A stretch of DNA of 64,000 nt from Dehalococcoidia bacterium. GTDB lineage: Bacteria; Chloroflexota; Dehalococcoidia; UBA2979. The notes under the pieces were generated by a model, which searched no databases, had not been told where the DNA came from, and saw only the letters and a list, made by a program, of their open reading frames with translations. Positions 1-7,892 of the stretch are shown piece by piece. The position numbers and the translations under genes are program-made. How positions within the stretch are numbered: the stretch's first letter is position 1; each line of letters begins with the position of its first letter. The stretch lies in assembly GCA_041674525.1 (NCBI GenBank), contig JBAYVN010000003.1:202-64201 (forward strand). Direction: 5' to 3'.

Positions 1-776
1 AGGTTGTCCAGACCCTCGCGCGCCGCGAGCGAGATCGATCCGAGCGACTCGGGCTCGTCGGTCTCGCCGTCCCCGAGGAATGCCCACACCTTCTGGTCAG
101 TCGGCTGCTTCAGCCCGCGGTGCTCCATGTAGCGCATGAAGCGTGCCTGGTAGATCGCGGTCAGCGGGCCGAGGCCCATCGACACCGTCGGGAACTGCCA
201 GAAGTCCGGCATCAGCCGGGGATGCGGGTACGAGCTCAGCCCGCCGCCCGCCGCGAACTCGCGGCGGAAGTTGTGGAGCTCGCGCGGCGTGAGGCGTCCC
301 TCCATGTAGGCGCGTGCGTACATGCCCGGCGACGCGTGCCCCTGGAAGTAGACGAGGTCCGGTCCGGACGGGTGGTCGTACCCGCGGAAGAAGTGGTTGA
401 AGCCCACCTCGTACAGCGTCGCGGCCGAGGCGTACGTGGAGATGTGTCCTCCGATTCCGGAGGACTTGCCGTTCGCTTCGGTCACCATCGCCATCGCGTT
501 CCAGCGGACAATGCTCTTGATGCGCCGCTCGAGCTCGTTGTCGCCGGGGAAGGGCGGCTGGTGCTCGATCGGGATCGTGTTGACATAAGGGGTCCGCGAG
601 GTGACCGGGAGCGGAACGCCGGTCCGCTGTGCCTCGATCTGCAGCGCCTGCAGCAGCCGACTCGCGCGGGCGCTGCCACGCGTGCGTACGACGTCGCGCA
701 GCGAGTCAACCCACTCCTGCGTGTCGACCCAGTCGGGGATCTCGGGCACATCCACTTCGGCCTGTTCGAGGCTCAC
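1..776 (-). CDS. aceE: pyruvate dehydrogenase E1 component (homodimeric AceE type), first 258 codons; gene continues past the left edge
   Basis: Absent from the ORF track because it has no stop in the window. My translation of the reverse strand from GTG at 776 gives VSLEQAEVDVPEIPDWVDTQEWVDSLRD...IVRWNAMAMV...GGHISTYASAATLYEVGFNHFFRG...YFQGHASPGMYARAYMEGRL...YPHPRLMPDFWQFPTVSMGLGP...KVWAFLGDGETDEPESLGSISLAAREGLDN. These are typical AceE blocks, including the GDG ThDP motif. Confidence 0.8.
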   Translation of the reverse strand, partial: MSLEQAEVDVPEIPDWVDTQEWVDSLRDVVRTRGSARASRLLQALQIEAQRTGVPLPVTSRTPYVNTIPIEHQPPFPGDNELERRIKSIVRWNAMAMVTEANGKSSGIGGHISTYASAATLYEVGFNHFFRGYDHPSGPDLVYFQGHASPGMYARAYMEGRLTPRELHNFRREFAAGGGLSSYPHPRLMPDFWQFPTVSMGLGPLTAIYQARFMRYMEHRGLKQPTDQKVWAFLGDGETDEPESLGSISLAAREGLDN

Positions 777-923
777 GCCGCCTGCTCCATCCAGCGGGCC
801 CACAGCAGGGTGCCCCGCCACTCCTAGCGTAGCGCACCGTTACCCTTTTGGCCGTGGGCTGCGACACTAGTTAGTGTGTTAAGTACCGCAACTCCAGTAG
901 GGACCACCGGGTAGACTGGACGC

Positions 924-1655
924 ATGAACGACCTCCGGGACGTCCGGTGCCTCGCCGCCGCCGGGGTGGACTACGAATCCGCCCGGGCGTGGCAGTACGC
1001 GACGGCCGCGGCCGTGCGCGCCGCTCGCGACGGCGGCAGCGCCGAGGCGGTCGCGATGATCGAGCACGCCCCGGTGTACACCATGGGTGCGCGCGGCGGC
1101 CGGGCCACGCTGCGCATGCCGCAGGAGGCGCTGCCGGCGCCACTGGTGGACACGGACCGCGGCGGCGACATCACCTGGCACGGCCCCGGCCAGCTGGTCG
1201 TCTACCCGATCCTCGATCTGCGCCGCCGCGGCATGGGCGCGGCAGAATACATCGGCGCCCTGGAGGGCATGCTTCTCGATACGCTCGGGGCCTTCGGGAT
1301 CGCGGGCGAGCTCGTCGAGGGGCGGCGCGGCGTCTGGATCGGGAACGAGAAGATCGCGGCGATGGGCATCCGGGTGCAGGGCGGCGTCTCGATGCACGGC
1401 ATCGCGCTCAACGTCGCCCCGGACCTCGCGTGGTTCGATGCCATCGTCCCGTGTGGCATCGAGGACGGCGGCGTGACCTCGATGGCACGCGCCGGAGTGC
1501 GCGACGTGGCGTTCGAGGATGTGCGGGCGGCGATGCGCGCGGCCTTCGCGAGGCGCTTCCAGGCGATGCTGGTGGACGTCTCGCCGGCCGAGGCCCGCGC
1601 GGCGCTCGGAGCGGGCAGCGGCCAGCCGGGGAACCGAGAGGCAGTACACGCGTGA
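924..1655 (+). CDS. lipB: lipoyl(octanoyl) transferase
   Basis: 243-aa ORF with LipB blocks (HAPVYTMG, DRGGDITWHGPGQLVVYPILDL, KIAAMGIRV, MHGIALNV, IVPCGI). ATG at 924. Its stop overlaps the lipA GTG (GTGA). Confidence 0.9.
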   Translation: MNDLRDVRCLAAAGVDYESARAWQYATAAAVRAARDGGSAEAVAMIEHAPVYTMGARGGRATLRMPQEALPAPLVDTDRGGDITWHGPGQLVVYPILDLRRRGMGAAEYIGALEGMLLDTLGAFGIAGELVEGRRGVWIGNEKIAAMGIRVQGGVSMHGIALNVAPDLAWFDAIVPCGIEDGGVTSMARAGVRDVAFEDVRAAMRAAFARRFQAMLVDVSPAEARAALGAGSGQPGNREAVHA

Positions 1656-2542
1656 CCACCACCCACCCCTCTCCGAAGTTCGAGCCGAAGCCACGCTGGT
1701 TCAAGGCCCCCTTCCCGGGCGGCGAACGGTACGGCCACATCAAGAACCTGCTCCGCGAGGAGCGCCTGCACACGGTCTGCGAGGAAGCGCACTGCCCGAA
1801 CATCGGGGAGTGCTTCAACGCCGGGACCGCGACGTTCATGATCCTCGGCGACACCTGCACGCGCGCCTGCGGGTACTGCGCGGTCACCTCCGGGCGCCCC
1901 GGCGCGCTGGACCTGCTGGAGCCGCTGCGCGTCGCGCAGACCGTGGACACGCTGGGCCTGGACTACGCGGTCATCACCTCCGTCAACCGTGACGATGTGC
2001 CGGACGGCGGCGCGAGCATCTTCGCGGCGTGCATCCGCGCCATCCACCATCTGCGCCCGGACTGCCGCGTCGAGGTGCTGATCCCGGACTTCCTCGGCGA
2101 CGCGGAGCCGCTGCGCACCGTGGTCGAGGCGGGCCCGGCCGTGCTCAACCACAACACCGAGACCGTGCCGCGCCTCTACGCCCGCGCCCGCCCGAAGGGC
2201 GACTATCAGCGCACGCTGACGCTCCTCAGCCGCGTCAAGGAGATCGCGCCGGAGATGCCCACCAAGACCGGCATCATGGTCGGCCTCGGCGAGACGATCG
2301 AGGAGGTGGAGCAGGTGCTGCGCGATCTCCGCGCGCACCAGGTGGACCTCGTGACCATCGGCCAGTACCTGCGCCCCACCGAGAAGCACCTGCCCGTGGC
2401 CCGCTTCCTGCACCCGGACGAGTTCGCGCACCTCAGACGGTTCGGGATGGCGCTCGGCTTCGCGCACGTGGAGTCCGGGCCGCTCGTGCGCTCCTCGTAC
2501 CATGCCGGCGAGCAGGAGAGCGCGGCGCGCGCGGGCATGTAG
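1652..2542 (+). CDS. lipA: lipoyl synthase (radical SAM)
   Basis: In-frame part of track ORF 947..2542, starting at GTG 1652 (VTTTHPSPKFEPKPRWFKAP...). Contains CEEAHCPNIGECF and the radical-SAM CTRACGYC motif. Sits in the classic lipB-lipA pair. Confidence 0.9.
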   Translation: MTTTHPSPKFEPKPRWFKAPFPGGERYGHIKNLLREERLHTVCEEAHCPNIGECFNAGTATFMILGDTCTRACGYCAVTSGRPGALDLLEPLRVAQTVDTLGLDYAVITSVNRDDVPDGGASIFAACIRAIHHLRPDCRVEVLIPDFLGDAEPLRTVVEAGPAVLNHNTETVPRLYARARPKGDYQRTLTLLSRVKEIAPEMPTKTGIMVGLGETIEEVEQVLRDLRAHQVDLVTIGQYLRPTEKHLPVARFLHPDEFAHLRRFGMALGFAHVESGPLVRSSYHAGEQESAARAGM

Positions 2543-2546
2543 CGGC

Positions 2547-3920
2547 ATGACGCAGCGCCTGGTCATCGTGGGCGGCGACGCGGGCGGGATGAGCGCCGCG
2601 ACCAATGCCCGCCGCCGTCGGTCGGCCGAGGATCTCGAGATCGTGGCGTTCGAGCGCGGCGCGTGGGCCTCGTTCTCGGCCTGCGGTGAGCCCTACTTCC
2701 TGAGCGGCGCGGTCCCGCAGTTCGAGTCGCTGCTCGTGCGCTCACCGGAGGCGTTCGCGCGGCAGGGCATCCAGGTCCACCTCCACCACGAGGTCACCGC
2801 GATCGACACCGCGGCGCGCCGCGTCTCCGTGCGCGACCTGCAGGCGGGTCGCGATTTCACGATGGACTACGACACGCTGGTCTACGCCACCGGCGCCGAG
2901 CCGCGCCGCGTGCCGATCGAGGGGCGCGACCTCGCGGGCGTGCACGCGCTGCACGTCCTGGACGACGCCCTGGCCGTGCACGCGCTGCTGGACGCTGACC
3001 CCGCGCCGCGGCACGGCGCCGTCGTCGGCGGCGGGTACGTGGGGCTGGAGGTCGCGGAGGCCCTGCACGAACGCGGACTGGCCACGACCATCGTCGCCTC
3101 GCGGGAGGGGCTGCTCGGCGGCTCGCTCGATCCGGAGATGGGGACGTATCTCGTGGAGCGCGTCCGCAAACTCGGCATCGACGTCGAGGTGGCGCATCGC
3201 GTCGAACGCCTGGAGGGCTCCGGCGGCCGCGTCACCGGCGTGCACGGCGGCCGCCTGGTCCCGGCGGACCTCGTGGTGCTGGCGACAGGCACGGTCCCGC
3301 GCGTCGAGCTCGCGCGCGCGGCCGGGCTGCGCATCGGCGAGAGCGGCGCCGTCTGGGTGGACGACCACCAGCGGACCAGCGCGCCGGGCGTCTACGCCGC
3401 GGGCGACTGCGTCGAGGTGACCGACCGCGTGACCGGCGCGCCGCTGAACCTGCACCTCGGGACCATCGCCAACCGGCAGGGGCGCATCGCCGGGCGGAAC
3501 ATCGGCGGCGCCGACGAGGCGTTCCCCGGCGTGCTCGGAACCGCGATCACGCGCGTCCTCGATCTGGAGGTCTCGCGCACCGGCCCCACCGAGGCGCGGG
3601 CGCGTGCCGCCGGCATCGACGTCGCCGTCGCGACCTTCGACTCGACGACGATGGCGGGCTACTGGCCCGCGTCCACCCGGATGCGGATGCGCGCGCTCGC
3701 GGATCGCGACACGCGGCGGATCATCGGCGCGCAGATCGTGGGCGGACCCACCTCCGCGAAGCGCATCGACGCGATGGCGATGGCGATCTGGAACGAGATG
3801 ACCGTCGACGACATGGTGAACGTCGATCTCTCGTACGCCCCGCCGTTCTCAGGCGTCTGGGATCCCGTCCTCGTCGCCGCGAGGAAGCTGCAGGCCGTCC
3901 TGGACGGCACCGAGGACTAA
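2547..3920 (+). CDS. FAD-dependent pyridine nucleotide-disulfide oxidoreductase (CoA-disulfide reductase / NADH oxidase-peroxidase family)
   Basis: Start taken at internal ATG 2547 (MTQRLVIVGGDAGGMSAA, a GxGxxG dinucleotide fold). Has the single redox Cys motif SFSACGEPYF typical of CoADR/Nox/Npx, a second GGGYVGLE NAD fold, and AAGDC. Confidence 0.75.
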   Translation: MTQRLVIVGGDAGGMSAATNARRRRSAEDLEIVAFERGAWASFSACGEPYFLSGAVPQFESLLVRSPEAFARQGIQVHLHHEVTAIDTAARRVSVRDLQAGRDFTMDYDTLVYATGAEPRRVPIEGRDLAGVHALHVLDDALAVHALLDADPAPRHGAVVGGGYVGLEVAEALHERGLATTIVASREGLLGGSLDPEMGTYLVERVRKLGIDVEVAHRVERLEGSGGRVTGVHGGRLVPADLVVLATGTVPRVELARAAGLRIGESGAVWVDDHQRTSAPGVYAAGDCVEVTDRVTGAPLNLHLGTIANRQGRIAGRNIGGADEAFPGVLGTAITRVLDLEVSRTGPTEARARAAGIDVAVATFDSTTMAGYWPASTRMRMRALADRDTRRIIGAQIVGGPTSAKRIDAMAMAIWNEMTVDDMVNVDLSYAPPFSGVWDPVLVAARKLQAVLDGTED

Positions 3921-3948
3921 ACCGGACTGGCCGCCTCGTGGCGTCGGC

Positions 3949-4359
3949 CTAGCCGCGGCGCGGCACCACTTCCATGAAGACGAAATGCGACGCCGTCGGG
4001 TGGATCCACGCGTTCGAGGCGCCCGGGTTGCGGATCACGCGGCCCCCGTTCGCCTCCACCTGCGCGCAGAAGGCGTCCACGTCGTCGCACTCGTACGCGA
4101 GCATGTAGACGCCCTCACCGTGCGGGTTCAACGGGTTCTTCCGCTCCTGCATCAGCCGGTACACCGGCGCATCCTCGGAGCTCGGGGTGATCAGGCGCGT
4201 GATCACGGTGTCCCCGTAGCCCATCGACTGGAAATCGAAGTTGCCGATCGTGTTGTGCCCGCGCTCGCCGATCGCGCTCATGCTGAAGCGTGCGGCGTAG
4301 TCCGCGACCGCCTCGTCCAGGTCGTGCACGGCGACGTTGTAGTGATGGATGCTCAGCAC
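3949..4359 (-). CDS. VOC (glyoxalase/bleomycin-resistance/dioxygenase) family protein
   Basis: C-terminal 136 aa of track ORF 3949..4476. Start placed at GTG 4359 because GAGAGGAGAG (SD-like) lies just upstream. The sequence (IHHYNVAVHDLDEAVADY...GEGVYMLAYECDDVDAF...GGRVI) resembles methylmalonyl-CoA epimerase/glyoxalase folds. Confidence 0.6.
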   Translation of the reverse strand: MLSIHHYNVAVHDLDEAVADYAARFSMSAIGERGHNTIGNFDFQSMGYGDTVITRLITPSSEDAPVYRLMQERKNPLNPHGEGVYMLAYECDDVDAFCAQVEANGGRVIRNPGASNAWIHPTASHFVFMEVVPRRG

Positions 4360-4476
4360 CGGTGGCTCTCCTCTCGCGGCAGGACCCCGGGAGCCTACCG
4401 CGGGAGCGCCCCGCGCGCATACCGGCGCGCCCCGGGCCGCGGGCGCGCGTGACGGGAGGAGGCGACGGGAAAGCAA

Positions 4477-4713
4477 CTAGAAGAGTGGGCCGCCCGCGTC
4501 CACCAGCGATCCGTCCACAGCGAAGACCGTCGGACGCTCCTCGCAGTAGACCTCGGATTCGCACTTGTTGAAGGAGAAGACCGGGAGATCGTCGCGCTTC
4601 TCGAAGTGGATGTGCCAGGTGCCCTGCACGTGGTTGTCGCGGCCCTTCGCGATCTCGGCTTCGATGATCTGCTTCAGCGCCTCGAGTTCCTTCAGTCCCA
4701 CGCCGTCCCCCAT
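4477..4713 (-). CDS. hypothetical protein (78 aa)
   Basis: Internal ATG 4713 of track ORF 4477..4812 (MGDGVGLKELEALKQIIEAEIAKGRDNHVQGTWHIHFEKRDDLPVFSFNKCESEVYCEE...). Balanced, non-Arg-rich composition, unlike the antisense frames. I recognise no family. Confidence 0.4.
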   Translation of the reverse strand: MGDGVGLKELEALKQIIEAEIAKGRDNHVQGTWHIHFEKRDDLPVFSFNKCESEVYCEERPTVFAVDGSLVDAGGPLF

Positions 4714-4876
4714 CCCCGCGGCGTTCGTGCGCCCCTCGCGTGTCCGTCGCGCACCGCCGTGCAGCGCCGCCGCACACCGAGTGTACCCCGGCCCCGCCCA
4801 CCGCCCGCCCACCGATCGCCTGGCGTCCGCCTACAATCGCTCCGGGGGTCGCGAGGACCCGCGCGGGGAGCGGCGC

Positions 4877-5143
4877 ATGACCCACGAGCGTGCCGAGGCC
4901 CACGAACACACCGAGGAATGCGCCAGCCTCTTCCGCGAGTGGCTGCGGTACCACCTCGTCGTGATCGACGAGAGCGGGCGCTTATCGCCGGACGAACGCC
5001 GCGCCGCCGTCCGAGAGCGCGACATGTTCCGTCGCCAGCTGGACGGGCTCGGCTGCGATCCGGCGGCGCTGCTCGCGCAGGAGGCTGCGCTCGCCGGCGA
5101 CGAGGACCCCGGATCCCGGGGCGGGACCGGGTCGCACGCCTAG
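4877..5143 (+). CDS. hypothetical protein (88 aa)
   Basis: Internal ATG 4877 of track ORF 4565..5143 (MTHERAEAHEHTEECASLFREWLRYHLVVIDESGRLSPDERRAAVRERDMF...). Plausible helical protein, no recognised family. The coding call itself is uncertain. Confidence 0.3.
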   Translation: MTHERAEAHEHTEECASLFREWLRYHLVVIDESGRLSPDERRAAVRERDMFRRQLDGLGCDPAALLAQEAALAGDEDPGSRGGTGSHA

Positions 5144-6051
5144 CGGGGCGAGCGCTCCTCAGGTGCGTCGTCGTCCTCGGCCCGCGCGAGCCACGCGGCG
5201 ACCACGGCCGCCGGGACCGCGATCGCGATCCCCGCGATGCCAAGGCGCGCGGCGTCATGCACCGGCGCCCACGCCACGGTGCGGATGAGCCCGCCCACCT
5301 CGCCCACGAACGCGCTCCCGCTGCCCATGCTCAGGAGCATCGCGACGAGCAGCCCGAGGAGCCCGATCACTGCCGCCAGCATCGCCCCTCCCACCAGCGC
5401 CAGTCCGGCCGCCACGAACCGCCGGGGGCCTTCGGTCACCGCGAGCAGCACCGCCGCCAGCGCCAGCGTCGCGATCCCGAGCGCCCACGCCAGCAGCCAC
5501 GCCGCGCGGTGGGTCTCGCTGGAGGTGAGGCGCATCACCAGCCGCACCCACAGGGAGGTCGAGAAGATGCCGCTGGTGGTCGCCACGCCGCCCGGTGCGA
5601 AGACGGCGGGCCCGCGTTCGTACGTCGCGAGCGCGCTGTCGTGCAGGAGCGCCGCCCGCCAGTCCTCGCGGGTGCCCTGCTGCGCGAGGATGCGCGGCAG
5701 CGCCACACCCTGCACGGGGAAGCCGGGTACCGCGGCGTCCTCGCTGCCGGGCAGGCTCGCGGTGGCGCGGATCATCGGCTCGTGCATCTGCAGCAGCGCC
5801 GGAACGTCGCCCAGCGCCCCGATCGTGCGCTCCAGGAACGGCACGGCCACGGTGGCGCTGGTGGCCTGCGAGGCGGCGAGCGCCAGCAGCCACAGCCCGC
5901 TCGCCAGCGCGAGCCCCACCGCGGCCCGGCGTGCCGGGCTGAGGCGGGGGCGATCGCCGCGGTCCCCGGGAACGGGACGCTCGAAGCTCTCGCCGGTATA
6001 CACGGGCGCGGGCGGGGTGGCGAAGGGGTCGCGCGGGTCGGGTGGCCTCAC
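5140..6051 (-). CDS. hypothetical polytopic membrane protein
   Basis: Only the C-terminal ~300 aa of track ORF 5140..6687 look protein-like, with several hydrophobic spans (AAVGLALASGLWLLALAA, AAWLLAWALGIATLALAAVLLAV, GLALVGGAMLAAVIGLLGLLVAMLL). Start proposed at GTG 6051, forming a GTGA overlap with the stop of the upstream RDD gene. Confidence 0.5.
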   Translation of the reverse strand: MRPPDPRDPFATPPAPVYTGESFERPVPGDRGDRPRLSPARRAAVGLALASGLWLLALAASQATSATVAVPFLERTIGALGDVPALLQMHEPMIRATASLPGSEDAAVPGFPVQGVALPRILAQQGTREDWRAALLHDSALATYERGPAVFAPGGVATTSGIFSTSLWVRLVMRLTSSETHRAAWLLAWALGIATLALAAVLLAVTEGPRRFVAAGLALVGGAMLAAVIGLLGLLVAMLLSMGSGSAFVGEVGGLIRTVAWAPVHDAARLGIAGIAIAVPAAVVAAWLARAEDDDAPEERSPR

Positions 6052-6611
6052 GCGCGCACCACGCGCGTCCCGGCGATCCGGTCGTGCAGGGCGCGAGCCC
6101 CCGGATCGACGAGGACGATGGCCAGCGAGACCAGGCCGGCGGCGCAGACCAGCGCGGCGACTGCGGCCAGCGCCAGCGCCGCCGCGTACACCCCGGCCAG
6201 CGCGAGGACCCCTGCGCCCCACGCCCAGCCGGACACCGCGAGCGGGTGGACCGCCAGCCGCAGGGCGAGCGCCGTGCGGTCGCGAGCACGCCGCACCTCG
6301 ATGCGCAGGCCTGCGGTGCGCTGTCCCTCCGTGGCGTGGGTGGTGAGCAGCGTGAACGCGAGCCGAGCGAGCCACGCGGGCGGCACCGCCGCGACCACGG
6401 CGAGGGCGATCGCCGTGTCCCGGTCGCTGGCGTCGTCCCGGCCAAGCGACGTGCGGGCCAGCAGCCAGCCCGCGGCGACAACCACAGCCATCGCGAGCGG
6501 CGGGATGAGGGCGAGCGCGTCGCGCCCGCTCGCCAGCAGCCGACGGCCGCGCGTCACCCCGGGCGCCGTCGAGGCGGGGTGATCGAGCGCACGGGGCACA
6601 CCTGCCAACAT
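6048..6611 (-). CDS. RDD family membrane protein
   Basis: Last 187 aa of track ORF 6048..8447, starting at ATG 6611 (MLAGVPRALDHPAS...). Shows the R..D..D signature and three TM spans (LIPPLAMAVVVAAGWLL, AIALAVVAAVPPAWLARLAF, and VLALAGVYAAALALAAVAALVCAAGLVSLAIVLV), ending ALHDRIAGTRVV as RDD proteins do. Confidence 0.6.
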   Translation of the reverse strand: MLAGVPRALDHPASTAPGVTRGRRLLASGRDALALIPPLAMAVVVAAGWLLARTSLGRDDASDRDTAIALAVVAAVPPAWLARLAFTLLTTHATEGQRTAGLRIEVRRARDRTALALRLAVHPLAVSGWAWGAGVLALAGVYAAALALAAVAALVCAAGLVSLAIVLVDPGARALHDRIAGTRVVRA

Positions 6612-6740
6612 GGAGCCCCTTCTCGTGCGCCGCGGGAATGCCGGATCGCCCGGAGCGCGGTACGTGCTCAACGATCCGCCTCGCCACTTCGCGATCATAT
6701 CGCGCACACTGGGATGTCCCACCCCGCAGCAGGACGGTCC

Positions 6741-7892
6741 ATGAACGACTCCTCGAACCCCGCTCGCCGGCGCCGGCGCGAAGCAGCGCTGGTCATCGGC
6801 GTCGGCATCGCGTCCGCGCTCGTGGTGCTCGCCGCGATCGCGGCCGCCGATCTGCGCACGGGCGATCGCTTCGACCTCGTCCGCTGGGAGCGCATGACGC
6901 TGCCCGGGAAGTGGCTGTACCTGCTCGGCGCGCCCCTGCGGCGCGATCCGGCGCCGGACGTGGCCATCGCACGCTACTTCGCGGCCCCGGCCGGGAGCGA
7001 GGAGCGCCGCCGGCTGGAGGGCGCCGTGGAGGCGTCGGTCACCGGGCGCATCGATGCCGCGCTGCGTACGCGCGGCCTCCGCGGAGCCGTGCCGCTCCCG
7101 GGCACCGTCTTCCCGCCCGTGAACATCGAGCTCACGCAGCCGCCGCGCGTGCTCGTGGAGTCGCCGCGCGCGATCATCCAGCGCAGCGGCACGGAGTTGC
7201 TGCGCCCCGACCTGACCACCGACGCCGCCGTCGCCATTGAGCGCGTGACCGAGGCGGCACACCCCGACCGCTCCGCGCTCGTTGTCGCCTCGGGCGGGGT
7301 GGCGGCGTACCCCGCGATCGTCGACAACAGCGACACGTACGCCGACACGCTGTCGACCGCCGCGCACGAGTGGACGCACCACTACCTGGCGTTCTACCCC
7401 CTGGGCCTGCACTACTTCGACTCGCGCGACGCGACCACGATCAACGAGACCGTGGCCGACATCGTCGGGGCCGAGATCGGCGCGGACGTGCTCGCGCGCT
7501 GGGGGGATCCCACGCGGCCCGCCGGTGCTCCCGCCCCCTCGGCGCCGCGCGCGGCGCCCCGCGGGCCGGACGTGAACGCCACGCTGCGTGACCTGCGCCG
7601 CGAGGTGGACGCCCTGCTGGCGGCGGGGAAGGTCGCGGAGGCCGAGGCGCGCATGGAGACCGTGCGGCAACAGCTCTGGGACGGCGGCTATCGCATCCGG
7701 CGGCTGAACCAGGCGTACTTCGCGTGGTACGGCTCGTACGCCGCGCGCCCGGACGCCATCGACCCGCTCGGTGGACAGCTGCGCGAGCTGCGCACCCGCG
7801 CCGGATCCCTCGCGGCGTTCCTCGCGGTGGTCCGGGACACCACCTCCCGCGCCGAGGTGGCCGGGGCGCTCGAGTCTCTGCGCGCCCGCTAG
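6741..7892 (+). CDS. membrane-anchored protein with HExxH motif (putative zinc metallopeptidase-like)
   Basis: In-frame part of track ORF 6042..7892. ATG 6741 (alternative ATG 6714). Has an N-terminal basic stretch plus a TM span (RRRRREAALVIGVGIASALVVLAAIAAA) and the motif TAAHEWTHHY (HExxH). I recognise no named family. Confidence 0.55.
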   Translation: MNDSSNPARRRRREAALVIGVGIASALVVLAAIAAADLRTGDRFDLVRWERMTLPGKWLYLLGAPLRRDPAPDVAIARYFAAPAGSEERRRLEGAVEASVTGRIDAALRTRGLRGAVPLPGTVFPPVNIELTQPPRVLVESPRAIIQRSGTELLRPDLTTDAAVAIERVTEAAHPDRSALVVASGGVAAYPAIVDNSDTYADTLSTAAHEWTHHYLAFYPLGLHYFDSRDATTINETVADIVGAEIGADVLARWGDPTRPAGAPAPSAPRAAPRGPDVNATLRDLRREVDALLAAGKVAEAEARMETVRQQLWDGGYRIRRLNQAYFAWYGSYAARPDAIDPLGGQLRELRTRAGSLAAFLAVVRDTTSRAEVAGALESLRAR

